This document shows, piece after piece, positions 30,388-40,262 of a DNA stretch of 64,000 nt. The stretch spans positions 66,827 to 130,826 of the forward strand of contig JAJDAC010000044.1 in assembly GCA_029262065.1 (NCBI GenBank). The letters run 5' to 3'. Both the position numbers and the translations under genes were made by a program. Below the pieces are notes generated by a model that saw only the letters and a program-made list of their open reading frames with translations, was not told the DNA's origin and did no database searches. The stretch comes from Candidatus Krumholzibacteriota bacterium. GTDB lineage: Bacteria > Krumholzibacteriota > Krumholzibacteriia > JAJRXK01. Within the stretch, counting starts at the first letter, position 1. Every line of letters begins with the position of its first letter.

Positions 30388-31265
30388 TGGGCCTCCTCGG
30401 CCGCCGTCAGAGATCCGTAGGCTTCCGGACGTCGATCGCGATAGAACTGCCACTGGGCGCGAACTTCGCCAATCATGTCCAGGTCGAGGTCGGCCACAAC
30501 CAACTCGTCCTTGTCGCGTGAACCCAGGCTCAGTATCTCGCCGCGCGGATCGCAGAAATAGGAGCTGCCGTAGAACTCGCCGATATCCCACGGCTTCTCG
30601 AATCCCACGCGGTTGTTGGTTCCCACGAAGTATCCGTTGGCCACGGCGTGGGAAACCTGTTCCAGCTTCCAAAGATATTCCGAGTGGCCCGCGGTTGTCG
30701 CCGACGGGATGAACACGATTTCCGCGCCCGCAAGACCCAATGCCCGCGCGCCCTCGGGGAAGTGGCGATCGTAGCAAATGTAGACGCCTACCTTGCCGTA
30801 CCTGGTCTGGAACACGGGGTAACCCAGATTACCGGGCTTGAAATAGAACTTCTCCCAGAACCCGGGCAGACAGTGGGGAATGTGGGTCTTGCGATACTTT
30901 CCCAGGTAGCTGCCATCGGCGTCGATGACCGCCGCCGTGTTGTAGTAGACGCCGGTCATCTCTTCTTCGTACACCGGCACGATCAAGACCATACCGTGCT
31001 TCTTGGCCAACGCCTGCATGGCCTTGGTCGTGGGCCCGTCGGGTACGGGTTCGGTGAGATCGTACCAGCGCGTGTCCTGTTCGGCGCAGAAGTAGGGCCC
31101 GTAGAAGAGTTCCTGCAGGCACAGAATCTGAACACCGTCTCGCGCGGCGTCTTCGATCAGGGACAAGTGCTTGCCCATCATCATTTCCTTGAGCTCGTCG
31201 TTGCCCATTCCCCGGCTATCCGGACATGAAACCTGCGTCAGTCCGCACTTCACGATTCGCGTCAC
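30384..31265 (-). CDS. carbon-nitrogen hydrolase (beta-ureidopropionase-like), paralog of the gene at 22731
   Basis: QELF (Glu), YRKTHIP (Lys), VYICYDRHF (Cys). 293 aa. Confidence 0.8.
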   Translation of the reverse strand: MTRIVKCGLTQVSCPDSRGMGNDELKEMMMGKHLSLIEDAARDGVQILCLQELFYGPYFCAEQDTRWYDLTEPVPDGPTTKAMQALAKKHGMVLIVPVYEEEMTGVYYNTAAVIDADGSYLGKYRKTHIPHCLPGFWEKFYFKPGNLGYPVFQTRYGKVGVYICYDRHFPEGARALGLAGAEIVFIPSATTAGHSEYLWKLEQVSHAVANGYFVGTNNRVGFEKPWDIGEFYGSSYFCDPRGEILSLGSRDKDELVVADLDLDMIGEVRAQWQFYRDRRPEAYGSLTAAEEAQ

Positions 31266-32143
31266 GATCCACTCCCTGCCGTTGAGTTGGGGCCGGTTTC
31301 CCCGGATATCATGTTCAGAAGCATGCGCCGCACGACGCGACCAAGCACGAAGGAGCGGTACTCGGCCGTAGAGCGGACATCATCAATAGGCGCTACCTCG
31401 GTCGATGCAATGCGTCCGGCCTCGTCGGCCAACGAAGGCTCGAGCCTGGCGCCGCGAACCCGCGCCTCGGTACGGTCCAGACGCACCGGCGTGGCCGCCA
31501 CGCTTCCCGCGCCGATGCGGATCTCGGCGACACTATCGTCGACGATCGTTGCACAGAGCCCAACGACCACCTTGCTGATGGCCTGGGCCGCGCGGGTCCC
31601 AACCTTCTTATACATCTGCACGGTATTCGCAGCCGGTTTCTGAATTCGAACCCGCGTGATCAATTCGCCCGGCCGCAGGTCCACGCGGCGGTAGCCCAGA
31701 TGCATGGCTTCGTAGGGAATGATCCGGGGACCAGCCGCTCCGCGCACTTCGACCTGGGCCCCCAGGGCCAAGAGTACCGGAAGCGAGTCTCCCGCCGGCG
31801 AAGCGTTGGCGATGTTGCCACCGATGGTGGCTCGATTCTGAATCTGCCAACCACCGACGGTGCCCGCAACCTCGGCCAGCATGGGATAGTTCTTCTGAAC
31901 CTCCGCGTGATTCAGGATCTCGCGAAACTTCGTTGTCGCTCCGATGGAAATAGCGTCGTCACTCACCGCAATGCCGTGCAGTTCGGGCACGGCCAGAAGA
32001 TCGAGTACGGCGTCGTGACGTCGGCCCATGGCGTAGTCGACCACCATGAGATCGGTACAACCCGCCACCAACACCGTGTCGGGGTGGTCAGCCAGAATCT
32101 GCAGAGCTTCGTCGAGGTTGCTGGGGGTGTAGGCCAGGGTCAC
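31262..32143 (-). CDS. molybdenum hydroxylase FAD-binding (medium, CoxM/XdhB-like) subunit
   Basis: FAD-binding PCMH domain: LVAGCTDL, ATIGGNIANASPAGD; CO-dehydrogenase flavoprotein C-terminal domain. Confidence 0.85.
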   Translation of the reverse strand: MTLAYTPSNLDEALQILADHPDTVLVAGCTDLMVVDYAMGRRHDAVLDLLAVPELHGIAVSDDAISIGATTKFREILNHAEVQKNYPMLAEVAGTVGGWQIQNRATIGGNIANASPAGDSLPVLLALGAQVEVRGAAGPRIIPYEAMHLGYRRVDLRPGELITRVRIQKPAANTVQMYKKVGTRAAQAISKVVVGLCATIVDDSVAEIRIGAGSVAATPVRLDRTEARVRGARLEPSLADEAGRIASTEVAPIDDVRSTAEYRSFVLGRVVRRMLLNMISGETGPNSTAGSGS

Positions 32144-32619
32144 GATTCATCGCCCCCCGGCAGGAGGGCTTCGACCGAACGTAGAATGCCTTCGTATCCG
32201 GTGCACCGACACAGGTTCCCACCAAGCGCTTCGCGCACTTCCGTCCGATTTGGAGCGGGATTGCGATCGAGCAGGGCCCGCAGGGTAATCAGGATTCCCG
32301 GCGTGCAGGCGCCGCACTGGACACCGCCTGCTTCCACGAAAGCTTCCTGGATGGGATCAAGAACGCCGCCTGTCTCGAGATCTTCGATCGTCCGCACGGT
32401 ACGGCCACGAACCTGGATAAGCGGAACCAAGCAGGAACACACGGGCTCGTCGTCCAGCAACACCGCGCACGCTCCGCACTCCCCCTCTCCACATCCTTCT
32501 TTCGACCCGGGAAGCTCGCAATGTTCGCGAACCACGTCCAATAGCCGGGACATGGGATCCAGGTCCACTTTCACGGCCTTGCCGTTGAGTGAGAACGAGA
32601 TGCCTCCCTTCCCCGTCAT
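32140..32619 (-). CDS. molybdenum hydroxylase [2Fe-2S] (small, CoxS/XdhC-like) subunit
   Basis: CGEGECGACAV (plant-type ferredoxin cluster) and CGACTPG (second cluster). 159 aa. Confidence 0.9.
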   Translation of the reverse strand: MTGKGGISFSLNGKAVKVDLDPMSRLLDVVREHCELPGSKEGCGEGECGACAVLLDDEPVCSCLVPLIQVRGRTVRTIEDLETGGVLDPIQEAFVEAGGVQCGACTPGILITLRALLDRNPAPNRTEVREALGGNLCRCTGYEGILRSVEALLPGGDES

Positions 32620-35009
32620 GCTGGACCGCCCTCTGCCGGCTTGGCTGAACCCGCGCGGTCGTTCGACACGACGCGACCGGCCATGCGATCGGAGAACAGT
32701 CTCTCGGGAGTGGCCGGTATGCCCGCGGCCACGATTCCCGTGGCGTTCTCGATGGCGGAAAGCACCGCGGGCGCTCCACCGTCCATGGGAATCTCACCAA
32801 CGCCCTTGGCACCAAACGCTCCACTGGGAGTTGGATTTTCTATGAGAACCGTATCCATGTCCGGCGTGTCCCGTATGGTCGGAATGATGTACGTGGCCAG
32901 ACGGTCGTTCATGTAGGCGCCGTCTTTCAACTTTATCTCTTCCATGAATCCGTAGCCCAAAGCCTGGAGGGTGCCGCCCTCGACCTGTCCGCGGCACATG
33001 GCCGGATGGATGGCCTTGCCCACATCGTACACGAGGGTCGCATCGGTCAGCGATACCGCCAGCGTGTCGGGATCGACTTCCAGCTCGATGATATCGCAGG
33101 CCCAGCCGTAGGCCGAATACGCCGCTCCGCGGTAGGTCTCTTCGTCGAACTCGATTCCGGGCATGGCTTCGAACCGTTCGGTGATATCCAACGTGCCGTA
33201 GGAAGCAACGTAGGCCGCGGCGATGTCCGAGAAGCTACCCAATACGGCTCCCGATTCATCCAGCAATTGTCCGGCCTTCAGTTCCAGCTCGTTCGTTTCT
33301 GGCCCACAGTCAATGGGCGACGCCGCATCCGACTTGGCGAACTGCATGAGCTGGTCGGCCAGACCCTTGCCCGCTCGTACGAGAATGCCGCCCACCACCA
33401 TGACCGTACGCGAGGCCACCGTCGGGCCCGAGTCGGGAACCTCAACTGTATCGGGATTCACGACCACAATGTCGGCGGCGGTAACACCCACGGCATCGGC
33501 CACCATCTGCTGCAGAACCATGGTCGTGCCCTGGCCAAACTCTGTAGCCGCCACCCGCACTTCGACCGCGCCGGCCTCGTTGAGCCGGATGGTAACCGGT
33601 GAGTTCATACGTTGTTCACCATTGCCCGTGAAGCCCGATCCGTGCCAGACGAGCGATAGACCAAGCCCGCGAACCGGCCGTCCGTCGTCGGGTGCGTTGG
33701 CCCGAGCGTTCTCGAATTGTTGCCACCGTTCGCGAAAGCGGGTGCGGGTCTCGGCTTCCTGCAGACACTCGATCGCGCTGACGCTTTCTTTCAGTACCTG
33801 TCCAGTGGGTGTGGTGTCTCCAACCCGGTAGGCGTTGCGTTCGCGGATGGTGTACGGGTCGATCCCAAGTCTCCGGCCAATACGATCCATTTGGCGTTCG
33901 GCTGCGAACTGCGATTGCGGCGCGCCGAAACCACGAAAGGCGCCGTTGGGGACGGTGTTGGTGGCAAGGACGCGGCCTTGGATTCGAACGTTGGGGCAGG
34001 CATACGGGCCCGCCGCGTGGATGACCGCGCGTGAAAGCACCACCGGCGACAACGTGATGTAGGCGCCGCCGTCGAGCACAACCTCGATGTCCTGAGCCAA
34101 CAATCGGCCGTCGGCGGCAACACCGGTACGAATGCGGACACGCGACGGATGCCGCTTCGTAGTAGCCACGATGTCTTCGTGCCGGTCGTAGACAATCTTT
34201 ACCGGACGCTTGATCTTGCGAGCCAGAAGCGCGGCGTGCGCACCCAACATGTCGGGGAAGTCTTCCTTACCACCGAAGCCACCACCGGTGGCGACGTGCC
34301 GCACGCGAACCATATCCGGTTCCAGACTCAGCGCGTGCGCCAGCGCGTGCTGCACGTAATAAGGACACTGCATGGAGCCCACGATTTCCACCGAGCCGTC
34401 GTCCTGGGGAATGGCGATCATCCCCTGGGGCTCGATGTAGATATGCTCCTGCCACCCGGTTTCGTACTCACCCTCAACAATGTGGTCGGCATCGGCGAGA
34501 CCCTGATCGACGTCTCCCCAATCGATGTTGGAAGAGGCCAGAACGTTGACCTGGCCGCCAACCCGCGGATCGCCGCGCAGCGCGTCATCCAAAGTCAGGG
34601 CGCCGGGAACTTCGGTGTAGGTCACGTCAACGCGGTCCGCGGCCGCGCGGGCCCGTTCACGGGTCGGGGCTACGACAATCGCCACCGCCTCCCCCACATG
34701 ATGAACCTCTTCGGCGGCCAGGATGGGCCAATCCTCGGCGATGAGCTTGACCACATTGGGCCCGGGCAGGTCGGCCGCGGTAATGGCGGCCACTTCAGGG
34801 TCGGCCTGACGCGCCCGGCTGAAATCGATGGAATCGATACGCGCGGCCGGATGGGGCGAGCGCACGGTAGCTCCGTGCCACATGCCCGGCACGTTCAGGT
34901 CGTCAACGTAGCGGGCGGCGCCGGTGACCTTGTCGCGCCCGTCGATTCGAGGGCGACTCTGGCCAACTTCCCGCGGCCGAGGCGGTTGAGTCATGTATTG
35001 GGCTCCCAA
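32616..35009 (-). CDS. molybdenum hydroxylase molybdopterin-binding (large, CoxL/XdhA-like) subunit
   Basis: 797 aa with the a/b hammerhead and MoCo-binding domains (GGGFGGK, AFRGFG, ...GEIP...). Completes a 2Fe-2S/FAD/Mo three-subunit enzyme. Confidence 0.9.
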   Translation of the reverse strand: MGAQYMTQPPRPREVGQSRPRIDGRDKVTGAARYVDDLNVPGMWHGATVRSPHPAARIDSIDFSRARQADPEVAAITAADLPGPNVVKLIAEDWPILAAEEVHHVGEAVAIVVAPTRERARAAADRVDVTYTEVPGALTLDDALRGDPRVGGQVNVLASSNIDWGDVDQGLADADHIVEGEYETGWQEHIYIEPQGMIAIPQDDGSVEIVGSMQCPYYVQHALAHALSLEPDMVRVRHVATGGGFGGKEDFPDMLGAHAALLARKIKRPVKIVYDRHEDIVATTKRHPSRVRIRTGVAADGRLLAQDIEVVLDGGAYITLSPVVLSRAVIHAAGPYACPNVRIQGRVLATNTVPNGAFRGFGAPQSQFAAERQMDRIGRRLGIDPYTIRERNAYRVGDTTPTGQVLKESVSAIECLQEAETRTRFRERWQQFENARANAPDDGRPVRGLGLSLVWHGSGFTGNGEQRMNSPVTIRLNEAGAVEVRVAATEFGQGTTMVLQQMVADAVGVTAADIVVVNPDTVEVPDSGPTVASRTVMVVGGILVRAGKGLADQLMQFAKSDAASPIDCGPETNELELKAGQLLDESGAVLGSFSDIAAAYVASYGTLDITERFEAMPGIEFDEETYRGAAYSAYGWACDIIELEVDPDTLAVSLTDATLVYDVGKAIHPAMCRGQVEGGTLQALGYGFMEEIKLKDGAYMNDRLATYIIPTIRDTPDMDTVLIENPTPSGAFGAKGVGEIPMDGGAPAVLSAIENATGIVAAGIPATPERLFSDRMAGRVVSNDRAGSAKPAEGGPA

Positions 35010-35098
35010 AGATGAACGATTCCTGAACGGATCAGTTTAGCCGAAGATCACGCCAGTGTACTATTACCAGTCCACCCCCAGACCGCAGATCGAGTTGA

Positions 35099-36055
35099 AT
35101 GAGCCTGAATCTTCTGGAACACATCGCCAGGTCCGAACGGGCATTTCTGGCCACGATCCTTGCCACGCAAGGCCATACGTACAAGAAGGCAGGAGCCAAG
35201 GCGCTGTTCGAGGCCGGCAAACCCACTCCGGTCTATGGCAACCTGGGGTCACAGTGCGTTGACCAACGACTCATTGAGCTTGGCACGCAAGCTCTGGAGA
35301 CCGGATGCCCTGTGCAATTCCACGTCGACCTGGCCGACGAGAACGACGTGGTCTTTGGCTACGGGGCGTACTGCGGGGGCCAGCTCGACATTCTTCTGGA
35401 GCCGTTGGGCGAGCCGGAGCGATTGGCGTACCGGGAAGTTGGGATCCAGCTCGAGTCAGGGTCACCATGTGTATTGACCCACGATCGGGTCCATGGCGGT
35501 CTGCAGGTGCAATCAGTCCATCCACGACTTGCCGAAGCCCACCTTTCCCGAGCCACCGTGACCATCGAGGATGCCAACGAGCGACGGTTCACGGAAATCT
35601 GGCCCGACCCCATGCGGGTCGTACTCTTCGGCTCCACCCCCCTTTCACGGGAGCTGGCGCTACGTCTGCGAGAGCTGGATTTTCGACCAACGGTCGTCGA
35701 TTGGCGTGAGTCTCATCTCAAGGTGCAGCAGAATTCGCTGGAGACCGAACTCATTGAGCCTGGAGACCTTGGCAATGTCGTCACACCGGACACCTGCGTT
35801 CTCGTCGTCTCGCACGTGTTCGAACGCGATCGGCAGGCAATTGAATCGGCGCTGACGGCCAAGTCAGGATTTGTGGGCCTTCTCAGCTCGTCGGTCCGGC
35901 GCGAGAAGATGTTTGCGGAGTTGCAGGGCCAGGGGATCGACGCTGAAACAATCGAACGGATCCACTCACCATTGGGCATCGACATCCAAGGTCAGACCGA
36001 TCAGGAGATCGCAGTAAGCGTGGTGGCCCAACTCATCCGATTTCGCAACGGGTGA
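35099..36055 (+). CDS. xdhC: XdhC/CoxI-family molybdenum-cofactor insertion chaperone
   Basis: N-terminal XdhC/CoxI domain (ERAFLATILATQGHTYKKAGAKALF) and a C-terminal Rossmann-like XdhC domain. Divergent from the hydroxylase operon. Confidence 0.8.
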   Translation: MSLNLLEHIARSERAFLATILATQGHTYKKAGAKALFEAGKPTPVYGNLGSQCVDQRLIELGTQALETGCPVQFHVDLADENDVVFGYGAYCGGQLDILLEPLGEPERLAYREVGIQLESGSPCVLTHDRVHGGLQVQSVHPRLAEAHLSRATVTIEDANERRFTEIWPDPMRVVLFGSTPLSRELALRLRELDFRPTVVDWRESHLKVQQNSLETELIEPGDLGNVVTPDTCVLVVSHVFERDRQAIESALTAKSGFVGLLSSSVRREKMFAELQGQGIDAETIERIHSPLGIDIQGQTDQEIAVSVVAQLIRFRNG

Positions 36056-36092
36056 TCGCCTGACTTCCCGTTGCCCACAACGAAGCGCCGGG

Positions 36093-36695
36093 CTAGTCCA
36101 AAAGAGGGCCCAGTCGCTTCAGGTCTTCAGGAGTATCTACATCGCAAAACACGCGGGCGTCTGGCACGTGAACCGTGCGCGTGGTTTCACGAACGGCATC
36201 GAGCACCTGGGTACCCTTGGCACCATCGTCGAGTGCCAGGAAGTTCGCGAACAACTCGCGGGGAATGATCTTCGGGTGGTAGTGTCGACCATTGTTTTCC
36301 GAAACAACCACCGAATGGGTCTCGTCGAAGACGCGTATCAGATCATCGATCAGTCCAGATGGCACCAGCGGCATATCCGCCAGGAACATCATGGCACCGT
36401 CCACCCCAGGCGGCAGTTCCCGCAGCCCGGCCTTCACCGAAGACATCTGCCCCCGCTGAGCTCGCTGGTTTTCCACAAACCGAACTCGGCGATCGGCCTC
36501 CGGCAACAATGGAGTGACGATGTCTACGATGCTTCGTTGGGACGGTGCGACGATCACGAGAATCGACGTCAGTGACGATGCGAGACACGCACGCAGACTG
36601 TAATAGATGAGAGGCTTCCCACCGACTTCGTGCAACCGCTTGTCAGTACCGAAGCGCTCGCTGCTGCCCGCGGCCAAGAGGATTCCGTGAACCAT
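36093..36695 (-). CDS. mocA: molybdenum cofactor cytidylyl/guanylyl-transferase (MocA/MobA-like NTP transferase)
   Basis: ILLAAGSSERFGTDK N-terminal nucleotidyltransferase signature. 200 aa. Confidence 0.75.
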   Translation of the reverse strand: MVHGILLAAGSSERFGTDKRLHEVGGKPLIYYSLRACLASSLTSILVIVAPSQRSIVDIVTPLLPEADRRVRFVENQRAQRGQMSSVKAGLRELPPGVDGAMMFLADMPLVPSGLIDDLIRVFDETHSVVVSENNGRHYHPKIIPRELFANFLALDDGAKGTQVLDAVRETTRTVHVPDARVFCDVDTPEDLKRLGPLLD

Positions 36696-36718
36696 TGCCG
36701 TTGCGACCTCTAATCATG

Positions 36719-37447
36719 TCAGGCCGTGTAGCGGTCGTTGAACCAAGGTTCGGCCGAGTTGGAATACCCCCGGGTCTCCCAGAATCCGGGGTGATCCTCC
36801 GCAAGGAATTCGATGCGACGGATCCACTTGGCGCCCTTCCAAGCGTACAGCTTCGGAGTGATCATGCGCAGCGGACCACCGTGCTCGCGCGGTAGCGGCT
36901 GACCTTCCCATTGGTGAACCAATAGAACATCGTCTTCCATGGCTCGGTCGAGCGGCAGATTGGTGGTATAGGGTACGTCGTGCCGGGGCTCGCTGTCGTA
37001 GCCCGTACAAAGAACGAAGCGGGCGGCTTCCAGGGGCACTGCGCGAGCGGCAATCTCGGAGAAACGAACCCCCGCCCAGCGATTGTCCATGCGACTCCAG
37101 GTGGTCACGCAATGGAAATCGCTTACATCTTCGACCTGGGGAAGCGCCAGGAGTTCGGACCATTTCAAGGTGAAGGGATTTTCCACTTCCCCTCCGACCT
37201 CAAGCTCCCACTTGTCCAAGGGGATCTCCGGAACGTGTCCCAGATCCAGCACGGGCCAACGATCAACTTGGTGTTGCCCCACGGGAAGCGTTGGCATTCC
37301 GTGGCGGTTGGTCTCGCCGCTTCCCTCAGGTGACTTGCCCGCGAAACGAACGTCCACCGTTTGGGGTTCACGCTGACGCATGCGCTCGATGAAGCGCATG
37401 CGCTTGGCGACCATGGCGTCGTGGTGTTCGGCATCGGCGTGCGACAC
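36719..37447 (-). CDS. sulfite-oxidase-fold molybdopterin-dependent oxidoreductase (single Mo domain, YuiH/YedY-like)
   Basis: SUOX-fold signature DFHCVTTWS and ...LYAWKGAKWI.... 242 aa. GTG start abutting the stop of the upstream LTD gene. Confidence 0.75.
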   Translation of the reverse strand: MSHADAEHHDAMVAKRMRFIERMRQREPQTVDVRFAGKSPEGSGETNRHGMPTLPVGQHQVDRWPVLDLGHVPEIPLDKWELEVGGEVENPFTLKWSELLALPQVEDVSDFHCVTTWSRMDNRWAGVRFSEIAARAVPLEAARFVLCTGYDSEPRHDVPYTTNLPLDRAMEDDVLLVHQWEGQPLPREHGGPLRMITPKLYAWKGAKWIRRIEFLAEDHPGFWETRGYSNSAEPWFNDRYTA

Positions 37448-38134
37448 CTAGAATCGGCCCTTGACCGCACCCCAGGAGTGGCGCAGGACGGCAACCGCTG
37501 AGCATTGTCCCATGGGCGCATTCTCTGGGTCGGAGAATCGCGTCTCACCGGGATCGGGAGCACTCCGTATGTCCCAGGTTCCCAGGAACGTAACCCTCTC
37601 GATCGATAACCCGGTGGCCGTGACAGTCGGCACGTCCACGTCACCGGCGCTACCTGTCTCGTCCGGCAAGCCCCAGGTGTTCTGCTCACCGTAGATCACG
37701 ACGTCCAAAGGGGTCGCCACGGTGACGTCCACCGTACCCGCCGCGAACAACGCAACGCCGTCGGCTACCGGCCCCCCATTTTGGATGTCGGGATCAAAGT
37801 TCACAGTCTGTTGAAACGCAGGGCTACCGTTTGCCGGTTCCGAGAACGGACCGCCAACCACGAATCGCCCGCACGATGGAATGACACCATCGAGAACAAT
37901 GGTCGACCATCCGTAGTCGAAACCACCGGTGGCCAGAATCGCACCCGTCAAATCGATAGAGAGCGTCTCGCTGAAGTTCGTGAGCTCCACCCACTCGTAG
38001 CCGTCGTCCCCGCCGGGATGGCAGAAGTAGACTTCGGTGATGTGGACATTCTCGATACCGACCTGTGCCACGGCCGGTGAAAACCAGCACAGAATAAGGA
38101 GATAAGAGAGCTTGGCATACCAACGCGGGACCAT
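37448..38134 (-). CDS. secreted lamin-tail-domain (LTD) protein ending in ...SWGAVKGRF
   Basis: Signal peptide. LTD signature ITEVYFCHPGGDDGYEWVELTNFSETLSIDLTGAIL. C-terminal tail related to those of the proteins ending at 14979 and 41279. Confidence 0.65.
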   Translation of the reverse strand: MVPRWYAKLSYLLILCWFSPAVAQVGIENVHITEVYFCHPGGDDGYEWVELTNFSETLSIDLTGAILATGGFDYGWSTIVLDGVIPSCGRFVVGGPFSEPANGSPAFQQTVNFDPDIQNGGPVADGVALFAAGTVDVTVATPLDVVIYGEQNTWGLPDETGSAGDVDVPTVTATGLSIERVTFLGTWDIRSAPDPGETRFSDPENAPMGQCSAVAVLRHSWGAVKGRF

Positions 38135-38388
38135 CTAGCACCTCGCTCGTGTCTAGGGAACGGGCAACACGGGAGAGAGTAGCAAAATTCCGGGTTCCCA
38201 TCAGAGATAGATTCCGTTGGGGCCAATCGAGTAGCGAATCTTACCTTACCGCTTGCCATCCGCGCTGCCGTGTACTCGACGACCTTGTACGGCTCGCCTG
38301 TACCGAAGGTCGCCGGCGTCGAATCAGTGAGAAGCGAGCAATGTGTGATACCCTGGCAGCCTTCCCTCCTCGGCATCAGTAGATCGTT

Positions 38389-40173
38389 ATGGTTCTGCTT
38401 TCACTGGTCCTGTCTTTTGGAGTGGTCATGCTTGGGTTATCGCGCTATCTGCGTTCTTTCCTGCTGTTCGCGGCCTGTCTGGCCCAGGTTACGATCGCCA
38501 ATGCTCAGTGGCATCATCATACCCACGGCGTCCCCATTACGGTTGCGCAAGGGCTCCAGCTCCACCCCCGTGCCGTCGCCGACGGCTCGGGCGGGTTGAT
38601 CATCACGTGGCTGGATAATCGGGCGTCCCCGCTTTCTGCGCAGGTCTACGCTCAGCGGATCGACTCCGGGGGATTCGTGCAGTGGACCTACAACGGCGTT
38701 GGCGTATCGTCGGCCACCGCCGACGCTGCGAGTCTTGCCATGGTCACGGACGGTGCCGGGGGGGCGATGGTCGCGTGGAACGACGAGCGCAACGGAGACT
38801 TTGATATCTACGCGCAGAGAGTGAACGGAGCCGGTGCTTCCCTGTGGGGGATGGATGACCTCGGCCTATGTACCGAAGCCGGCGACCAGCAGACTCCGTT
38901 CATGATCAGGTCGGGCACGGACCGGGCTCTCCTCGCGTGGGGAGACTCACGTATTTCCGTGGCGGATCAGGACATCTATGCCCAGAGCACGAGCGACTCT
39001 GGCGTTCCCCAGTGGACCGCGAACGGCGTGTCGGTTTCGAGTGCTCCGAGTCGCCAGTGGTTACCGAGCGGAATGGTCCCGGACGGCGCCGGCGGCGCGA
39101 TCGTGACCTGGATGGACCTTCGTAACGGTGGCAACGCCTGGGATCTGTACACGCAACGGCTCGATAGCCAGGGTGTTCCTCAATGGGCGAACGACGGAGT
39201 GCTCCTGACGGGAGCGGCGTCGAGTCAGACCACCGCCGCCAGCATCCCCGACGGTGCCGGAGGGGCAATCACGGTGTGGCAAGACACACGTAACGGCCAG
39301 CAGGACATCTACATCCAAAGGGTCAACAGCGCCGGTGTTCCGCAATGGACGGCCGATGGTGTTCCCGTGGCTATTGCACCGCGAAACAAGTTCGATCCCA
39401 CGATCATTGCCGATGGAACCGGAGGCGCAATCGTCGCCTGGCATGATTACCGGAACTGGAACTTCAGTGCGAACGCGGACATCTACATTCAGCGCATCGA
39501 CGGCTCCGGCACGGCGCAGTGGACGTCCAACGGTATCGGTCTCTGTACCACACCGCGCCAACAGTACTATCCGCAATTGGCCGCAGACGGCTCGGGAGGC
39601 GCCTTCGTTGTTTGGGCCGATGAACGGGATGAGCCCGTCAGCAACTATTGGGATATCCGCGTCCAAGCCGTCGACGCGCAGGGTACGCCGCGTTGGCTCA
39701 ACGAAGAGGGCGATTTCAACGGGGTCATCATGTACCGGGGGTCGTATCAGGGACAGATTCACCCGCAGATCGTCTCGAATGAGCCGGGGCGGGCAATCGT
39801 GGTTTGGCATGGCTTTCGAAACAGCCCCAACGCGGACATCTTCGCGCAGCGCGTTGTTATCGGTGAGCTGACGGACGCACCCGAGACGGCGGAGCCCGCT
39901 TCGCTGGTGGTGCGAGGAATATCTCCGAATCCCTTCTCCAGTCATGGGTCCCTGGCGATCGACCTGAAGTCTGGCGCCACGGTTCGCGTGGAGCTCTTCG
40001 ATTTGGCCGGCCGAAGGGTTCGTTCCACCACGCGCCACGAGGCTGCCGGCACACACACCTTCGTTCTTGACGGCCGTGACGACGAGGGGCGCGCGCTTCC
40101 AAATGGAGTGTACTTCTGCCGGGTCCACGCCCAGGGAGAGACGCGCACCGCCAAGGTCGGAATCCTGCGGTAA
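38389..40173 (+). CDS. secreted beta-propeller-like repeat protein with a Por/T9SS-type CTD
   Basis: About 8 tandem ~50-aa repeats of the form DG(A/S)GGA(I/M)V(A/T)W.D.RNG..DIY.QR....G..QW..NGV. C-terminal ISPNPFSSHGSLAIDL...VELFDLAGRRV...FVLDGRDDEGRALPNGVYFCRV...KVGILR. Confidence 0.7.
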   Translation: MVLLSLVLSFGVVMLGLSRYLRSFLLFAACLAQVTIANAQWHHHTHGVPITVAQGLQLHPRAVADGSGGLIITWLDNRASPLSAQVYAQRIDSGGFVQWTYNGVGVSSATADAASLAMVTDGAGGAMVAWNDERNGDFDIYAQRVNGAGASLWGMDDLGLCTEAGDQQTPFMIRSGTDRALLAWGDSRISVADQDIYAQSTSDSGVPQWTANGVSVSSAPSRQWLPSGMVPDGAGGAIVTWMDLRNGGNAWDLYTQRLDSQGVPQWANDGVLLTGAASSQTTAASIPDGAGGAITVWQDTRNGQQDIYIQRVNSAGVPQWTADGVPVAIAPRNKFDPTIIADGTGGAIVAWHDYRNWNFSANADIYIQRIDGSGTAQWTSNGIGLCTTPRQQYYPQLAADGSGGAFVVWADERDEPVSNYWDIRVQAVDAQGTPRWLNEEGDFNGVIMYRGSYQGQIHPQIVSNEPGRAIVVWHGFRNSPNADIFAQRVVIGELTDAPETAEPASLVVRGISPNPFSSHGSLAIDLKSGATVRVELFDLAGRRVRSTTRHEAAGTHTFVLDGRDDEGRALPNGVYFCRVHAQGETRTAKVGILR

Positions 40174-40262
40174 CCGTGCAGGCACGTTCGTCAACAAGAC
40201 CGACAACATCGTGGTACAATGGACTCCCTCCCTCCCGAACCCAGTCCGAGAGGTCTTTCCTT

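Noticed and set aside
30388-30777. 130-codon N-terminal extension of the XdhD-like gene (ORF-track start at 30777)
   Set aside because: The extension is Arg/Gly-rich nonsense overlapping the upstream CN-hydrolase gene. Met 30387 restores the 4-nt ATGA coupling seen throughout the operon and immediately precedes the 2Fe-2S domain.
40176-40262. ORF-track start 40176 for the VKARF-tail protein
   Set aside because: It overlaps the stop of the upstream gene and lacks a signal peptide. ATG 40263 is preceded by GAGAGG and begins a canonical signal peptide.
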